Shown one piece after another: positions 24,860 to 38,759 of a DNA stretch of 64,000 nt. The stretch's first letter is position 1; each line of letters begins with the position of its first letter. Source of the stretch: Octopus vulgaris (Eukaryota); the NCBI GenBank assembly GCA_951406725.2, contig OX597817.1, forward strand, positions 69,316,001 to 69,380,000. Reading direction: 5' to 3'. The notes beneath the pieces were generated by a model that did no database searches, was not told where the DNA came from, and saw only the letters and a list, made by a program, of their open reading frames with translations. The position numbers and the translations under genes were made by a program.

Positions 24860-26187
24860 ATATATATATGTATATGTATATATTTGCTTACCTCAAGACT
24901 ATAGCAAAAGACAACTATCCAAGGTTTCATGCAGTGGTAGTGAACCTGAGGCATTAAGCTGCAAAGCAAACTTCCTCATCACACAACCATGATTTATAGA
25001 CCCACACACATATGTAGATGTGTGTTTGTGGGTATATAAACACACAATACACCCAGACACACACATACAGACACATACACATATGTTTAGATATGTTAAG
25101 CATACAAAATGATACTTCAATACAAAGGGAACAAAAAGAATTATAAATCATAGAAACACTAAAATAAATCATGTAAAACAAAAGCATATGTGCATATTAC
25201 ACATATGCATGTGCACACACACATAATGTATGTGCTCAAATATTCAAATGCATATAGATGCATAAATATGCATGCACAAATACAAAGATATACATGCATA
25301 TGCGCATTAGATAAACAAATACATACTTTGTAATAAATGCCATCTTATAGTAAATATTATAACTGTTCCCTTGACATGCATTGGTACAGATGCACCGCAA
25401 CAGCAGTGCAATTTAGGCAAGTGCATAGCATACCACAAAATTGGCAGGATGAAAGAAACATAAGGAGAAAGAAGCTTTTTATTATTTACCACCAACACCA
25501 ACACAACTACTAACACTGCAGCAGTTGCCGCTGCTGCTGTTGCTTTTGCCACAGTCCATAACATGCGACCTGTGCTTCATATGCAATTTACTGCGATGGT
25601 GAAATCAACGAAGAAGCTCACATAATAACCTAGGAAATTATGCATTCTTTCAAACATTGTTCTATGCCATGAAGGATAGCATGGTCGAGAAGTCAGAGCA
25701 AGCTGAGCAGAAGATAATTCGGAATCTACAACAACTGATGGATTTGGTGGGTTACAGCAAGTGAGAAGGGAGGAATACTAAGTAAAAGAGAGAAGAGAGA
25801 GTGGGAGAGATAAAGAGAGGGGGAGACAGAGAGAGTGAGGTGGGGGATAGAGAGAGATAAAGAAGACAAGTGAGAAAGAAAAATGAGAATTCGGAGTTAA
25901 TCTTTTTGAAAGCTTACAATGATGTTTTGTGGACAGAGCAAAGCTTTATCTCTATGTGTGAGATAGTGTTTAAAAATGAAAAGAAAACAAACAAAATAAG
26001 GCTTGAATTATTTCTGTAGATGTTATATTGCACCAAATGTAATTTCAGTTGTTCTTAGAATTACATGGAGCTATCATATATACAAGTAACTCTCTGACAA
26101 AGAAACTGCAACATAATAACTTGACCCACAAGAAATATCAGTACCCAACTATCTTAAAATAGACAGGATTATAACAGCTAAGCTGAT

Positions 26188-26372
26188 ATCATCACCATCA
26201 TCATTGTTTAGCATCTGCTGTCCATGCTGGCATAGGCTGGACAGTTTGGCATGGAGCTGGCCAGCATGGAGCTGGCCAGCATGGAGCTGTCCAAACACTA
26301 GACTGTCTGTTGTGGCATGGCTTCTATGGCTGGATGCCCTTCCTAATGCCAACCACTTAACAGAGTGTGCTG
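26188..26372 (-). mobile_element. SINE family B fragment
   Basis: (CAT)n...CCATGCTGGCATAGG...CTATGGCTGGATGCCCTTCCTAATGCCAACCAC. Confidence 0.7.
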
Positions 26373-27489
26373 ATTGGTAACCCCAGAAATTACATTCAGG
26401 CCATATAAAATATATGACTTAGTAACTCATTTGCTGTGCCTTTAAAGGGTTATATCATTGTCATTATTGTTAAGGCATGCCAGCTATGATAATACTGCAT
26501 CTTGAACTACATTATTTAATGCACCCTGTCATTGTTTAAGATGGTAAGGTATGATTTGAGAGAAATCTAGATGCTATTTTCAGCAGGTCAAGTAAGCACT
26601 TAGATACTCTTTTGATTTTTAGTCTGAAGCTAGACTTTGAATGGGGGGAAACCTTTTGCTATATAAATGGACAACAAAACACAGCATGACATCATCATTT
26701 AACATCTGCTTTCTGTGTTTGCATAGGTAGAATGGTTTGACAGGGATCTAGCATGTTGCAGGACTGCACTGAGCTCAATGCCATATTTGGCATTCTACAC
26801 CTCGATGTCCTTCCTCATGCAAAGCACTTTACGGAATGTACAAGGTGCTATACTTTCAAGCCACTGGTACTAAAGAGGTTGCCATGTAACTTGCAAGACA
26901 GAAATAAAACAGAGAAGGAAAAGGGGGGAGTGGCACCCACTATTAAGAAGTAATATTTGTGAGGAAAAGGTGGAGGATATTAAGGGAAAGTAATACAATG
27001 AGAGAGTCAAAGATCATCTTCAGACACATACAAGAAAGAAATAATCTAGAACCATTCACAACTCTCAGAGGTTGTTTGATATATCCAAACAACATATCTA
27101 TCAGGGTTAAAATTTTCTACCTGCATTAGTAACACGATCTCTGCCATCAAACCAAATGAAAAACTTAGCTATATGCTCAGTCTTGTCATTCCTCTATTAT
27201 CATTAAAAACCTAACACTAGTAGTAGGATCTGTAACTTTTCCTCTAAAGAAATTTTTGATAAGCCCACTGGCTACTATAGCAGTACGTGGCCAACAGTGA
27301 CTTTTTATACAAAATATTATACACCCAAATCCCAAAATAAACCATGTTGAAAAATAGACCTAGGAAAGTAATATATCATCATTATGGTCATCATCGTCAT
27401 CATTTACCATCCATTTTCCATATTTGCATGGGTTGGACAGCATACATACGTCCTTGGGTAGCTGCATGTGCTGATACTTTGGCATCAAA

Positions 27490-28420
27490 GTAAATTTCCA
27501 GGTTCTTAAGAGTATCATCAAACATGGCAGCTACTCCACCAACATACACACACCCAACTTGCTTTTTTTTTTCTGGTAAAGAATGCCATCAGCACTCATT
27601 TCATGGGAAGAAAATACACTTCTGAGTTCAAGGTTGGAAAAGACCATTTAACACTTCTACTTGGTTGTAATGCTTCAGAAGACTGCAAGCTGAAGCTTAT
27701 GCTAGTTTATCATTCAGAACTGCAACAACCAATAAAAGGAACAGAAAAATACATCTGCCTGCGATTTAAAAATCAAACAAGATGACTTGAAATAGAAATA
27801 AAAATTTAAACATAACAGTGTGTTTCATATTTTTATTCAGCATTCAAGATATAGTGACAGAAACAATCTTGTGTCTAGGGCATTGTTGGTGATTAATATC
27901 GTTGCAGACCATCTTCAGAATCTCAATATTTTTCAAACCTACATTGCTGTCAAAGTAGTCTACTTGTTACTGAAAACCTTTTCCTTATTCTGGCTCAGGG
28001 ATGCCAGAGTAATTTCTCATGTCATTACCTATTTTCTTTGGTGTACTTTTAAACAACTTGTTGCAGAAACAAATGGCCATGATAAACTATCAAGGATGTT
28101 TTGAAAAACTACTACACGAAGGTCATAAATAATGACAAAGCAGGCTGAAACAAAGACCAAGGACTGCATGAAGGAAGCTTGGAAAAGGTTATGTTCAGAA
28201 GCTTGCAAAGATATCGTGGAATTTGATGAAGAAATATAGCAGTAGCCATCATCAATACAACTTTGAGTCAGACAATATAGAGAGATTGTAAAATGGCCAT
28301 CAGAAGACTTTATATATTGAAGATCTGCAGGAAATAGAAAGAAATTTTACAACTGGTTTTCTCAGTAACAGAATTATGAAAATTTTGGAAATCATGAATA
28401 AGTTGCCTGAGAATACCCTT
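27490..28420 (+). pseudogene. Tigger/pogo-family DDE transposase fossil
   Basis: FKVGKDHLTLLLGCNASEDCKLKLMLVYHSE resembles Tigger [42 protein letters not shown]...VKVVYLLLKTFSL...DARVI resembles LLLLDNAPGH...VKVVFLPPNTTSL.QPMDQGVI. Stops and frameshifts present. Confidence 0.8.
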
Positions 28421-28544
28421 TCTGAGAGTGCAACAGTAATGAAAAGAGAACTATTCTGGAAATGAAACTGACAAAGAACATAGACATATTGTACACTGCT
28501 GCACTCAAGAAGACATGCCTACCACAACAGGATTGGTGTACTAA

Positions 28545-28812
28545 AACCAAGGTACCATGTAAAAAGCATTGGTACTTGTGCCACATAAAAGATACCAGTG
28601 ATAGTATCACATAAAAAGCTATGATGAGGGTGCCAAAGCACCCAGTACGCTCTGTGAGGAGGTTAACATTAGGAAGGACATCCAACCATAGAAACCAAGT
28701 CAAAATAGACTGCATAGCCTGATGTGGCTCCTGCCCTTGCCAGCTCTTGTCAAGGTATCCAACCCATACCAACATGGAAAACAGACATTAAATTATGATG
28801 ATGATGATCATG
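28545..28812 (+). mobile_element. SINE family B (degenerate)
   Basis: CATTAGGAAGGACATCCAACCATAGAAAC...CAACCCATACCAACATGGAAAACAGACATTAAATT(ATG)n. Confidence 0.7.
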
Positions 28813-29694
28813 ATCCTAATGACATTTTTCTACTAAGAATTACTTTGTCCGAGACTCAAAAACATACTGATAACAAATGTATTCTTCAAAAGGTGACCAA
28901 CGTGAGAGAAGGAACCAGCACTCAAACCTAGATCAATAATATAGTTTCTTTTATCCTGCTTTTTTTATAACTGTATTATTATTGAGTGGCCAGTGTGTTT
29001 ATGATTAATTTCACCTGTTTCACAATTTTATGGCTTCAGTTCTAATTAATTAAATTTGTTGTCTAATTTTATCAAAACTTTATATTACTCTGTATAATAT
29101 TTTCAAAGTTATTAAGTGTTTTGATGTAGTGAGTCTCTAAACTTCTAGATCATTCTGTGATGTCTCCTGACTTGTATTTATATTCATTTTGCTGTTAAAA
29201 ATAGTCCACCAAAATTTTATTATTATTTATTGTGTTATAGCAACCTGCATAGCAATGTTTCATTTAGACATATAATTTTAGAAATTACCTTCAACTCACA
29301 AAATAGGATCATTTTACAAGCTTACAACAGTCTAAGTTGCTTTAAACTGAATCAAACTGTTATTAAATTGTATATGAAACTCCTATCAAATGCGTTGACA
29401 GCCACTTTCACTCATGGGTATACGCATGTGTGTGTGCACACATAATTAAGGGTTTGGGAGAATAAACAGGGAAAATAGAACTTCCATATACCAGCATATG
29501 ATTTTTCAGTTTATTTTCAGCAAAAAAATCAGTCAAGCGATTCAAAATCTGAGAATTATATGCTTAGCACTCATGAAACAATGTTTATGAGAGTCCACAT
29601 GAAACATTCCACTCAGCCTTGAATCACTTTTGCAATTTTCTGCTGATTTATGAAATATGTTGTGCATTGCTGTACTCAAGAAAAGCCACCACCA

Positions 29695-29922
29695 CCCTAA
29701 AAGCAAGGTGCCACATAAAATTCACTGGTAATGGTGCCACACAAAACAGCACCAGAACACTCTGTAAAGTGGTTGACATTAGGAAGAACATCCAACTGGA
29801 GAAACCAAGCTAAAACAGATTATGGAACCTGGAGTGGCCCTGGCCTTACCAGTTCTTGTCAAGCCATCCAATCCATGCTAGCATGGAAAACGGACATGAA
29901 ATGTTGTTGATGATGATGATGA

Positions 29923-29926
<4 letters not shown>
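29695..29926 (+). mobile_element. SINE family B
   Basis: GTGGTTGACATTAGGAAGAACATCCAAC...CCATGCTAGCATGGAAAACGGACATGAAATG..(GAT)n running into (TA)n. Confidence 0.75.
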
Positions 29927-29950
<24 letters not shown>

Positions 29951-29956
<6 letters not shown>

Positions 29957-30240
29957 TAGAAAAAAACACCTTTTATCAATTCAATAATGAAAAATTAAAT
30001 TATACCATTTAGAAAAATTTCATATTATAGAAAGATTAAATATAAGATAAAGCATATAACGATGATTAAGTAATGTGCAAAATAATAAATAAAACATATA
30101 TATACTTGGTAGAATTACTTAATCATTGTTATATGCTTTATCTTATATTTAATCTTTCTATAATATGTAATTTTTCTAAATGGTATAATTTAATTTTTCA
30201 TTATTTGAATTGATGAAAGGTGTTTTTTTTCTAATTTATA
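29951..30240. repeat. Long AT-rich inverted repeat (~125-bp arms, ~39-bp spacer)
   Basis: AAATTAGAAAAAAACACC...GATTAAGTAAT is mirrored by ATTACTTAATC...GGTGTTTTTTTTCTAATTT with few mismatches; bracketed by (TA)n. Confidence 0.9.
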
Positions 30241-30345
30241 TATATATATATATATTAAACAATATATATTATATTTTGTGAAATTTGATTTAGTATTTCT
30301 AAATTGAATTTTTCCCCATAAGTTTGGAATAATATTACCTCATAT

Positions 30346-30383
<38 letters not shown>

Positions 30384-30775
30384 ACTCACGCATACACACA
30401 CACATGCAGATATATATATATATATATAAGCACACACATACGCATGAACACATACATGTATACATATGCACACACACACAAACAAATACATATAAATTTG
30501 ATTAGTTTTGTAATTAACTAATGTACACATAATTTTGCTAAGGACTTATTCTGTTTTAGGAACCAATAGCTTCAAAATATTTCACCATTTTTCTCTATAG
30601 CCTTGTCAATACTTTCCATTGTTGTACGAGATGCAGCAGATTACATTATTATGAACAAAATTCCTTGCCAACAATATATCTCAAGAAATGAATACCTCCA
30701 TACATGCATACCTGTGAGTCTATATATATATATAAACTCACACACATATACATTTATGAATACACACAGATTTTA

Positions 30776-30813
<38 letters not shown>

Positions 30814-31043
30814 CATTTTGAGACACAAATTTCTCGATAGATGGCCAAATATTATTAACAAAATATTACATTCTGAAATTGTATAGATAACATATTACAA
30901 AATCTGTTCAAGAACACCTGTAAAAGAATTGGAAAAAGAAACAAAAGTTTTTCAACACCAACACCATGAATTATAAAGCCAAGACTTTGGAAATCTTATA
31001 GCTTCTAATTAAATTGTGATAAAGTGCTAAACAACAAACTTAC

Positions 31044-31231
31044 CTGTATTCCATTTCGTCAATGGCAACAGATAAATGCCGAGGGAATTCTGGACAGGAG
31101 TACATATTCCGGTCGTCTTCAGGAATGAGATCAACATCATGGAATATACAACAATGAAATGTGAAGAGTTTTAAGGCTTCTTTAAAAGCTGCATTCATAA
31201 TACGTCCTTTATTAAATGTTTCATTTCCTTG
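31044..31231 (-). CDS. Internal coding exon of a GT7-family beta-1,4-galactosyltransferase / beta-1,4-GalNAc-transferase (B4GALT/bre-4-like)
   Basis: Translates QGNETFNKGRIMNAAFKEALKLFTFHCCIFHDVDLIPEDDRNMYSCPEFPRHLSVAIDEMEY(R), containing the FNRA/FNKG..N motif, the DVD metal-binding motif and PRH. Acceptor TTTTTGCAG, donor AG|GTAAGT. 188 bp, phase 0 to phase 2; from memory this matches the equivalent vertebrate B4GALT exon. Donor-sugar specificity cannot be read from this exon. Confidence 0.92.
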
Positions 31232-31344
31232 CTGCAAAAAACGATAAGAAAATGTGTAAGAGAATTTTTTTTAATGGATGTAAAATAAATAGATGTAAAC
31301 ACATGTCTATACATAATAAATACACACACACACACACAGACATA

Positions 31345-31408
<64 letters not shown>

Positions 31409-31514
31409 CAAGGAAAAATTGTAAAAATGCAGAATTAGCATTCTGCATTTTTACAATTTTTCCTTGCTTATCATTTCTCCACGTGCGGTCAACACAACCC
31501 CACCATTTATTGAT

Positions 31515-31730
31515 CTATATATATATATATATATACACATTAATACATATATATATACATACATACATATATATATATATACATACATATAAACATTAAT
31601 ACACACACACACATATATATATATATACACATACATACATATAAACATTAATACACACACACATATATATATACACACATACATACATATAAACATTAAT
31701 ACATATATATATATAAGCAGTAATATATAT

Positions 31731-31763
<33 letters not shown>

Positions 31764-31920
31764 AACATATATATATATACACACACACATATATATATAA
31801 ACATTAATACATATACATATATATAAACAGTAATGTATATATGTATATATATAAACAGAATATATGTATAAACATTAATACATACATATATATTTTTAAA
31901 CATTAATGCATATATGAAAA

Positions 31921-31974
<54 letters not shown>

Positions 31975-31975
31975 T
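31515..31975. repeat. Minisatellite of TAAACATTAATACA units separated by TA/CA tracts
   Basis: Recurrent AAACATTAATACA motif at about 31590, 31643, 31690, 31798, 31869 and 31898. Confidence 0.8.
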
Positions 31976-32779
31976 AAACATTAGAAAAATCTAAAAACAA
32001 AAGACCATTAAAAAAATCGCAAAAACTTTTAAAAGATGGTAAAATGTTATAAATTTTGCTGTAAAATTTGATTATATTTCCACGAGGCACCTTTTTCTAC
32101 AATTTCTTTTAAAAGCATTGGAAAGCTGCTCTGAATAAACTACTTTATATGCTCAAATATATTGAGAAGAATCGTTTTTTTAATTGTCTTTCAGAAAAGA
32201 ACTTTAACAAAGACTATATTTTTCAAAAACAATGAAATATTTTGTAAGGATTTAGGCACTTTTGAAGAAAGATAAAAACCCATATACATACATCTCTAAA
32301 TATGTGTGCATTTGTGAGTGTGTATCTATTTTACATATCATCAAACAATATATGACACAAAACTAATCAGTGTTGTTTTTGTGTGTAAGTGTGTATATAT
32401 TGTGTATAGTCAGTCACCTTTGTTATTTCATAATTTTTCCCATTACCATTTTGCTGAATCAGTCATTGATTCTTACAGTAAAGACTATATACTGACAGCC
32501 AGAATTTGGCCAAACCATTCAGCGATGGGGTAGTCATCACTGAAGAGCTTTAATTTCTGGCAATACTAGAATTCTAGTATGGTGATCTCACTGTCAGTGT
32601 GTAGACATGTGCTTTTTTGCAGCTCTAATGGTTTTTAACTCTTATTTCTAGGAATGTCAGTGCTACTCTGCACCCTCACTCAAATTTAGTGACAACTGAA
32701 TTTTTACCTATTTGGTTTTATATTGTGTATAGCCGCCTTCATTATTTTATATGTGTGTGCATGTGTGTGTGTGCATATA

Positions 32780-32993
32780 TTACTCTTTTACTCCTATACT
32801 TGTTTCAGTCATTTGACTGCAGCCATGCTGGAGCACCGCCTTTAGTCGAGCAAATCGAACCCACGAATTATTCTTTGTGAGCCTAGTACTTATTCTATCG
32901 GTCTCTTTTGCCAAACCACTAAGTTACGGGGACATAAACACACCAGCATCGGTTGTCAAGCAATGCTGGGGGGACACAAACACTCAAACATAT

Positions 32994-33024
<31 letters not shown>

Positions 33025-33192
33025 CATATATACGACAGGCTTCTTTCAGTTTCCATCTAACAAATCCACTCACAAGGCTTTGGTTGGCCCGAGGCTATAG
33101 TAGAAGACACTTGCCCAAGGTGCCATGCAGTGGGACTGAACCCAGAACCATGTGGTTGGTAAGCAAGCTACTTACCACACAGCCACTCCTGC

Positions 33193-33195
<3 letters not shown>
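32780..33195 (-). mobile_element. tRNA-derived SINE family A, well preserved
   Basis: Minus head GCAGGAGTGGCTGTGTGGTAAGTAGCTTGCTTACCAACCACATGGTTCTGGGTTCAGTCCC with A and B boxes; GTAAAAGA-like tail. Confidence 0.9.
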
Positions 33196-33228
<33 letters not shown>

Positions 33229-34102
33229 CATTTTTAGCTGGCTATATGACACACTATCTGTGTTCTTACATTTGCAAACAAGGAGCTCAGCACTCACATC
33301 CAACACAAAACAACATCTGTGGACTAGTTTCTGGGTTGTTGCTCTTTATCAACACTGAGCAGCTGCTTTGGCTAGATGGCGTTGCTGAATTCACTGTTTG
33401 AACATATGGTTTTCAAAGTGACACACAGCCACTGATCAAAAACTAGAAATATTATTATTTCTAAATCTATCAAAGAGAGACATTCAGTAACAGTTCTTCA
33501 AAGTAAAGGCTATTTGCCAACATAATGTGGATGTCCCAAAAGGGACGATGTCACCTCCGACTGTGAGTCCGCTGCCCTAACCACTGGGCCATTGCGCCTA
33601 CACATTTCAAATTACATTTTTAAAAAATTCATTGTGCACTGTTTGAGAATCATAAATCTTTACTAGTCTAAGAGAGTCAAAGAAGTGTATAGGTATTGCC
33701 CTGTTTTACATCCTCAGACAAACAGATAAAAAAATTATTGCAAAATAAGTGAAGAACATAATGAAATCTAGAAGTTAAAATGAACTATAAAAACCAGTGT
33801 ATGAAACAATAGAATGACAAAAACATAAAAACCTACCAAGACATAACAACATCATGGAGAAATGAGTTCTGAGAAAGGAGAATTAATTATCTAGCATTGT
33901 GAAAGTAAATTTTATTGATCTGTAGGTGTTCTAATGATAAACTCTGTGATTTAAAACATACATACATACAGACAGACAGATAGAGGGAGGGAAAGAGAGA
34001 GAGAGGGAGAGATAGAGAGAGAGACAGATAGACAGAGGTAAATATATAGATAAATATAGATAGATACAAATATATATATATATATATATATAAACATATA
34101 AC

Positions 34103-34137
<35 letters not shown>

Positions 34138-34430
34138 ATGTAGCTAGCTAACTAGATCGACAGAGAGATAGACAGACAGGCAGATAGATAGATAGATATG
34201 CAAATAGATAGATGTGCTGATAGATAAATAGATATGCAGACAAACAGACAGACATAAAAGAATTCTATATCAACTTTTATCTGTACAAACCAATACTGTT
34301 ACAGTTTTAATTTGACTTATGACCTGTTTTATACATTTTTTTTCTTCTTTTCTGCTTCCTAATTGAAGTCCTTTCATATTATTTACATTGTTAATATCCA
34401 AAGGGAAATAAGAGAAGTTACAATATGCCT

Positions 34431-34660
34431 ACATCATCAAAATTTAACGTCTGTTTTCCATGCTAGCATGGGTTGGATGGCTTAACAGTAACTGGCAAGG
34501 CCAGGGGCCACATCAGGTTCCATAGTCTGTTTTAGTTTGATTTCTATGGCTGGGTGCCCTTCCTAATGCCAACCACTTTACAGAGTGTACTGGTTGTGTT
34601 TTACATAGCAGCATTACCAGTGCTTTTTACGTAGCACTAACACCCACACCAACACTTTTT
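34431..34660 (-). mobile_element. SINE family B
   Basis: TTTAACGTCTGTTTTCCATGCTAGCATGGGTTGG...GCCCTTCCTAATGCCAACCAC. Confidence 0.75.
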
Positions 34661-34804
34661 GTGTGACTACCTGCCCACCACAAAAGAATTGAGATGTCAT
34701 ATACACCTATATTTACTTTGAAGCAATGTGCCAATGGAATGCTCTTGGCTGATCATGGGCTAAACAATAACTAACTCATGATTCACTACTATATCATGAT
34801 TTCT

Positions 34805-35020
34805 TATATTGGTTTCAAATTTTGTCACAAGTCAATTTCAGGGGTGGGGGAGTTGATTACATTGACCCCAGGGTTCAATTGGTACTGATTTTATTGACCC
34901 TGAAAGGATGGAAAGCAAAGTCGACCATGAGAGAATTTGAACTCAGAACATAAGGATGAACAAAATGCCGTGAAGCATTTTGCCCAGTGTGATAACGATT
35001 CTGCCAGCTTGCTGCCAAGT
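34805..35020 (-). mobile_element. Probable SINE (additional family)
   Basis: TACTGATTTTATTGACCCTG...GAATTTGAACTCAG (B-box-like on the minus strand); a related degenerate copy lies at about 5300-5435. Confidence 0.5.
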
Positions 35021-35474
35021 GTGACTTCTTATATTGAGATGAGATCAAATACATTTTAGGGAGGAGGAAATGGAAAATAATGATACTGAAGCTTTTCCTC
35101 AAAAATTCTATACGGCATTCTCATCACTGTCTTAAAAATCCACTTTTCCATTCTTGCATGGATCAGATAGAGTTTGTTGAAATACATTTCTTCTGTTGGA
35201 TGCCCTTTCTGTCACCAACCCTCATCAATTTCCAAGCAAGGTAATATTTCCTCAAAGCCAGACATGTTTCTGCAGAAGATTGGAAATGAATGACACAGCA
35301 TGTATGACATTTACACTCATTTACAATTATTGTGTGATGTCAAGGCAAAGAGACACAAACATACACAAATTCACACACATTTATATATATACACATACAT
35401 ACATACATACATACATACATACATACATACATACATACATACATACATACACACACAGATATGTATGTGCATGT

Positions 35475-35720
35475 GTGACCTAGTGACTAGGCCGTTGCAT
35501 TCATGATCATTAGATCAAGGGGTCAATTCCCTGACTGGGCAATGCATTTTGGGGCAAAATACTTTATTTCACATTGCTCCAGACCCAGTTCAATCAGAGA
35601 GGAATATTGGCCTACTCACCTAACCAGAGGGGTAGCATCATTTGAAGACTAAAACAATGGAAAAGTGCATTATGACCAGCACATTTGACAAACAACATGG
35701 TCTGTCACATGATCACATGA
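35475..35720 (+). mobile_element. SINE family C (degenerate)
   Basis: Homologous to 23660-23927. Confidence 0.65.
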
Positions 35721-35731
35721 TATATATATAT

Positions 35732-35966
35732 ATCATCATCATCATCATCATCATCATCATCGTTTAACGTCTGCTTTCCATGCTGGCATGGGTTGGATGA
35801 TTTGATTGAGGGCTGGCGAGCCAGAAGGCTGCACCAGACACCAATCTGATCTGGCAAGGTTTCTACAGCTGGATGCCCTTCCTAATGCCAACCACTCCAA
35901 GAGTGTAGTGGGTGCTTTTATGTGCCACCAGCATGCAGGCCAGTCAGGTGGTACTGGCATCAGCAT
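35732..35966 (-). mobile_element. SINE family B
   Basis: (TA)n(ATC)n GTTTAACGTCTGCTTTCCATGCTGGCATGGGTTGG...CTGGATGCCCTTCCTAATGCCAACCACTCC. Confidence 0.85.
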
Positions 35967-35967
35967 T

Positions 35968-36006
<39 letters not shown>

Positions 36007-36132
36007 GAATGGAGTTGAATGACTAGTTAACAAATATCCTTTATTCTCGACAGGTATCGGTTATCTTTCGAATTATCCTTAATAAGATAATTCATTCAAT
36101 TACTCAAATATATATATATATATGTATGTATG

Positions 36133-36164
<32 letters not shown>

Positions 36165-36219
36165 CAACAGCGGTGCATCAGCATGGCCGCAGCTCTGCGC
36201 TGAAACTAGAGAGAAAAAT

Positions 36220-36287
<68 letters not shown>

Positions 36288-36483
36288 ATATACATATGTA
36301 TATATATATATATATATATACATGTATATATATACATATATATATATATACATGTATATATATACATACATGTATGTATATATACATATATGTATATATA
36401 CATATATGTATGTATATATATATATATATATATATAAATGTATATATATATATAAATGTATATATGTAAATGTATATATGTAA

Positions 36484-36544
<61 letters not shown>

Positions 36545-37771
36545 TATATACATACAAACATATATATATATGTATGTATAGACGACAGGCTTGTTTCAAT
36601 TTCCATCCACCAAATCTACTCTGAAGGGTTTGGTTGATCCTGGGTGATAGATTGTTAAAGACACTTTCCCAAGGTGCCATGCTGTGGGACTGAACCCAAA
36701 ACTAAATGGTTGTGAAGCAAACCTCTCAACTACACAACCATACTCGTGCCACAACTATGATTTTGCTGCAGCCATGCTTGCACTTTACAGCTATGCCTGC
36801 ATATCACTGCTATGTCTGCACCATACTAATGTGTGTGCATCTGTATGTGTGCATGTGTATAAATGCACACACACTCACTCACAGAGTTTGTATTATCCAA
36901 TTTAAATATCTATTGAGTCTAAATTTTATCGACCTTGTCAGGTTTTGTCAGACATGACAGAGCTGTCTCAGACCAAATTCTTGATTCAAATATGCTTGGA
37001 TATGATCAGATTCTTCAGAATGTCAAAAAAAATACACCTTGATTGACACTGGTGCCTACACACCAAGAAATTTTCTCTTAGAATCAATAATTTTGATATG
37101 TTATTGATCTTGTAGTTGTTTAGTCCCAGAGCAGACCTGTTATAACTGAAGGAATTCTGGCAGTGATCTTTCCATCATTTTGTTTATCAGGAATAATAGT
37201 ACATCTAGAAATCGTCAAAAAAATGTATTTTTCACTATTTAGAAAAAACCAAATGATGCTAGGTATGATATGAAGAAGATTTAGCTGCTATTTCAAGAGT
37301 ATAGGCTTCCTCCTTGGCATGTGGCCTCATTATTTTTTTAATACAGCAGTAAATGATTTGAGGGAGATTTCCTTATTATTTCAGGCAAGTCATGCATTGA
37401 TTGATTTCTACTTCATTGAAACCTACTTCATTGATTGATTTAGTGTAGCTAATTAATTGAGAGAGGAGAAAAAAACATGGACAATTTGCTCATAAATGGA
37501 TAGCTCGTAATCTATAAATGCATAAATTCGTTGAGGTAAAACATGTTCCGCTGGTGCTACCACATTTCATTAAACTACTTTTCCTCAAACAACTTTTATT
37601 AAATAATTTTGCCTGAAACAACTTTTCATCAAACAAAGTTTTCATCAAATGACTCATCAAACTACTTCACATCAAACAACTTTTCTTCAAGCTGTTTTAC
37701 ATCAAACAAAATTTTTCATCAAACTACTTTTCATCAAACAATTTTTCCTCAAACTGCTCTTTTTTTTACCC

Positions 37772-38162
37772 TCTTACTCTTTTACTTGTTCCAGCCATTT
37801 GACAGCAGCCATGCTGGAGCACCGCCTTTAGTCGAGCAAATCGACCCCAGGACTTATTCTTTGTAAGCCTAGTATTTATTCTATCGGTCTCTTTTGCCAA
37901 ACCATTAAGTTATGGGAACGTAAACACACCAGCATCAGTTGTCAAGCAATGCTAGGGGGGACAAACAGACACACAAACACACACATATATATATATACAT
38001 ACATACAACAGGCTTCTTTCAGTCTCCATCTACCAAATACACTCACAAAGCTTTGGTCGGCCTGAGGCTATAGAAGACACTTGCCCAAGGTGCCACACAG
38101 TGGGACTGAACCCAGAACCATGTGGCTGGTAAGCAAGCTACTTACCACACAGCCACTCCTGC
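37772..38162 (-). mobile_element. tRNA-derived SINE family A nested in the 15-bp repeat arm
   Basis: Homologous to 32780-33195; the 15-bp repeats resume immediately after it. Confidence 0.88.
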
Positions 38163-38759
38163 TTTTCATCAAACAAGTATTTATCAAGTAACTTTTCATC
38201 AATTGATTTTTCATCAAATGACTTCTGATCAAACTACTTTTCACCAAACTTCTCATCAAACAGCTTTCTAACATACTGCTTAACATCAAACATTGAACAG
38301 ATTTTTACCAAAATGACTTTTCATACAATAATTTAGAAAATATATCATTTTGTATATAAATTTTTCAGCAACTGTCATGCAATTGTTCAATAATACAATT
38401 TTTAGAACATCAAATCTTTACAAACAACTTGACTAGTAGTACTCTCCCTCTCTCTCTCTCTCTCTCTCAAATTTATCTGCCTATATAAGTGCACACATAT
38501 TTTATGTCCATTGCACAGAAAAAAATTATTTTGTAATTGGTCATTATATATATTGTACAAACTGTTTTCATATATGTTTAATAAAAAGTGTTTGATGAAA
38601 AATCATTTGGTTCTAAAAAAATCACTTAAAGGAAAGTAGTTTGATAAAAGAAATTTATCAGTGAAAATTTATCAATGAAAAACAGCTTGACCAAAAACTC
38701 ATTGGAATGAACAGTCATTGTTTGCAATACAATTTCCTGAAAAATAATATAATAATGAA

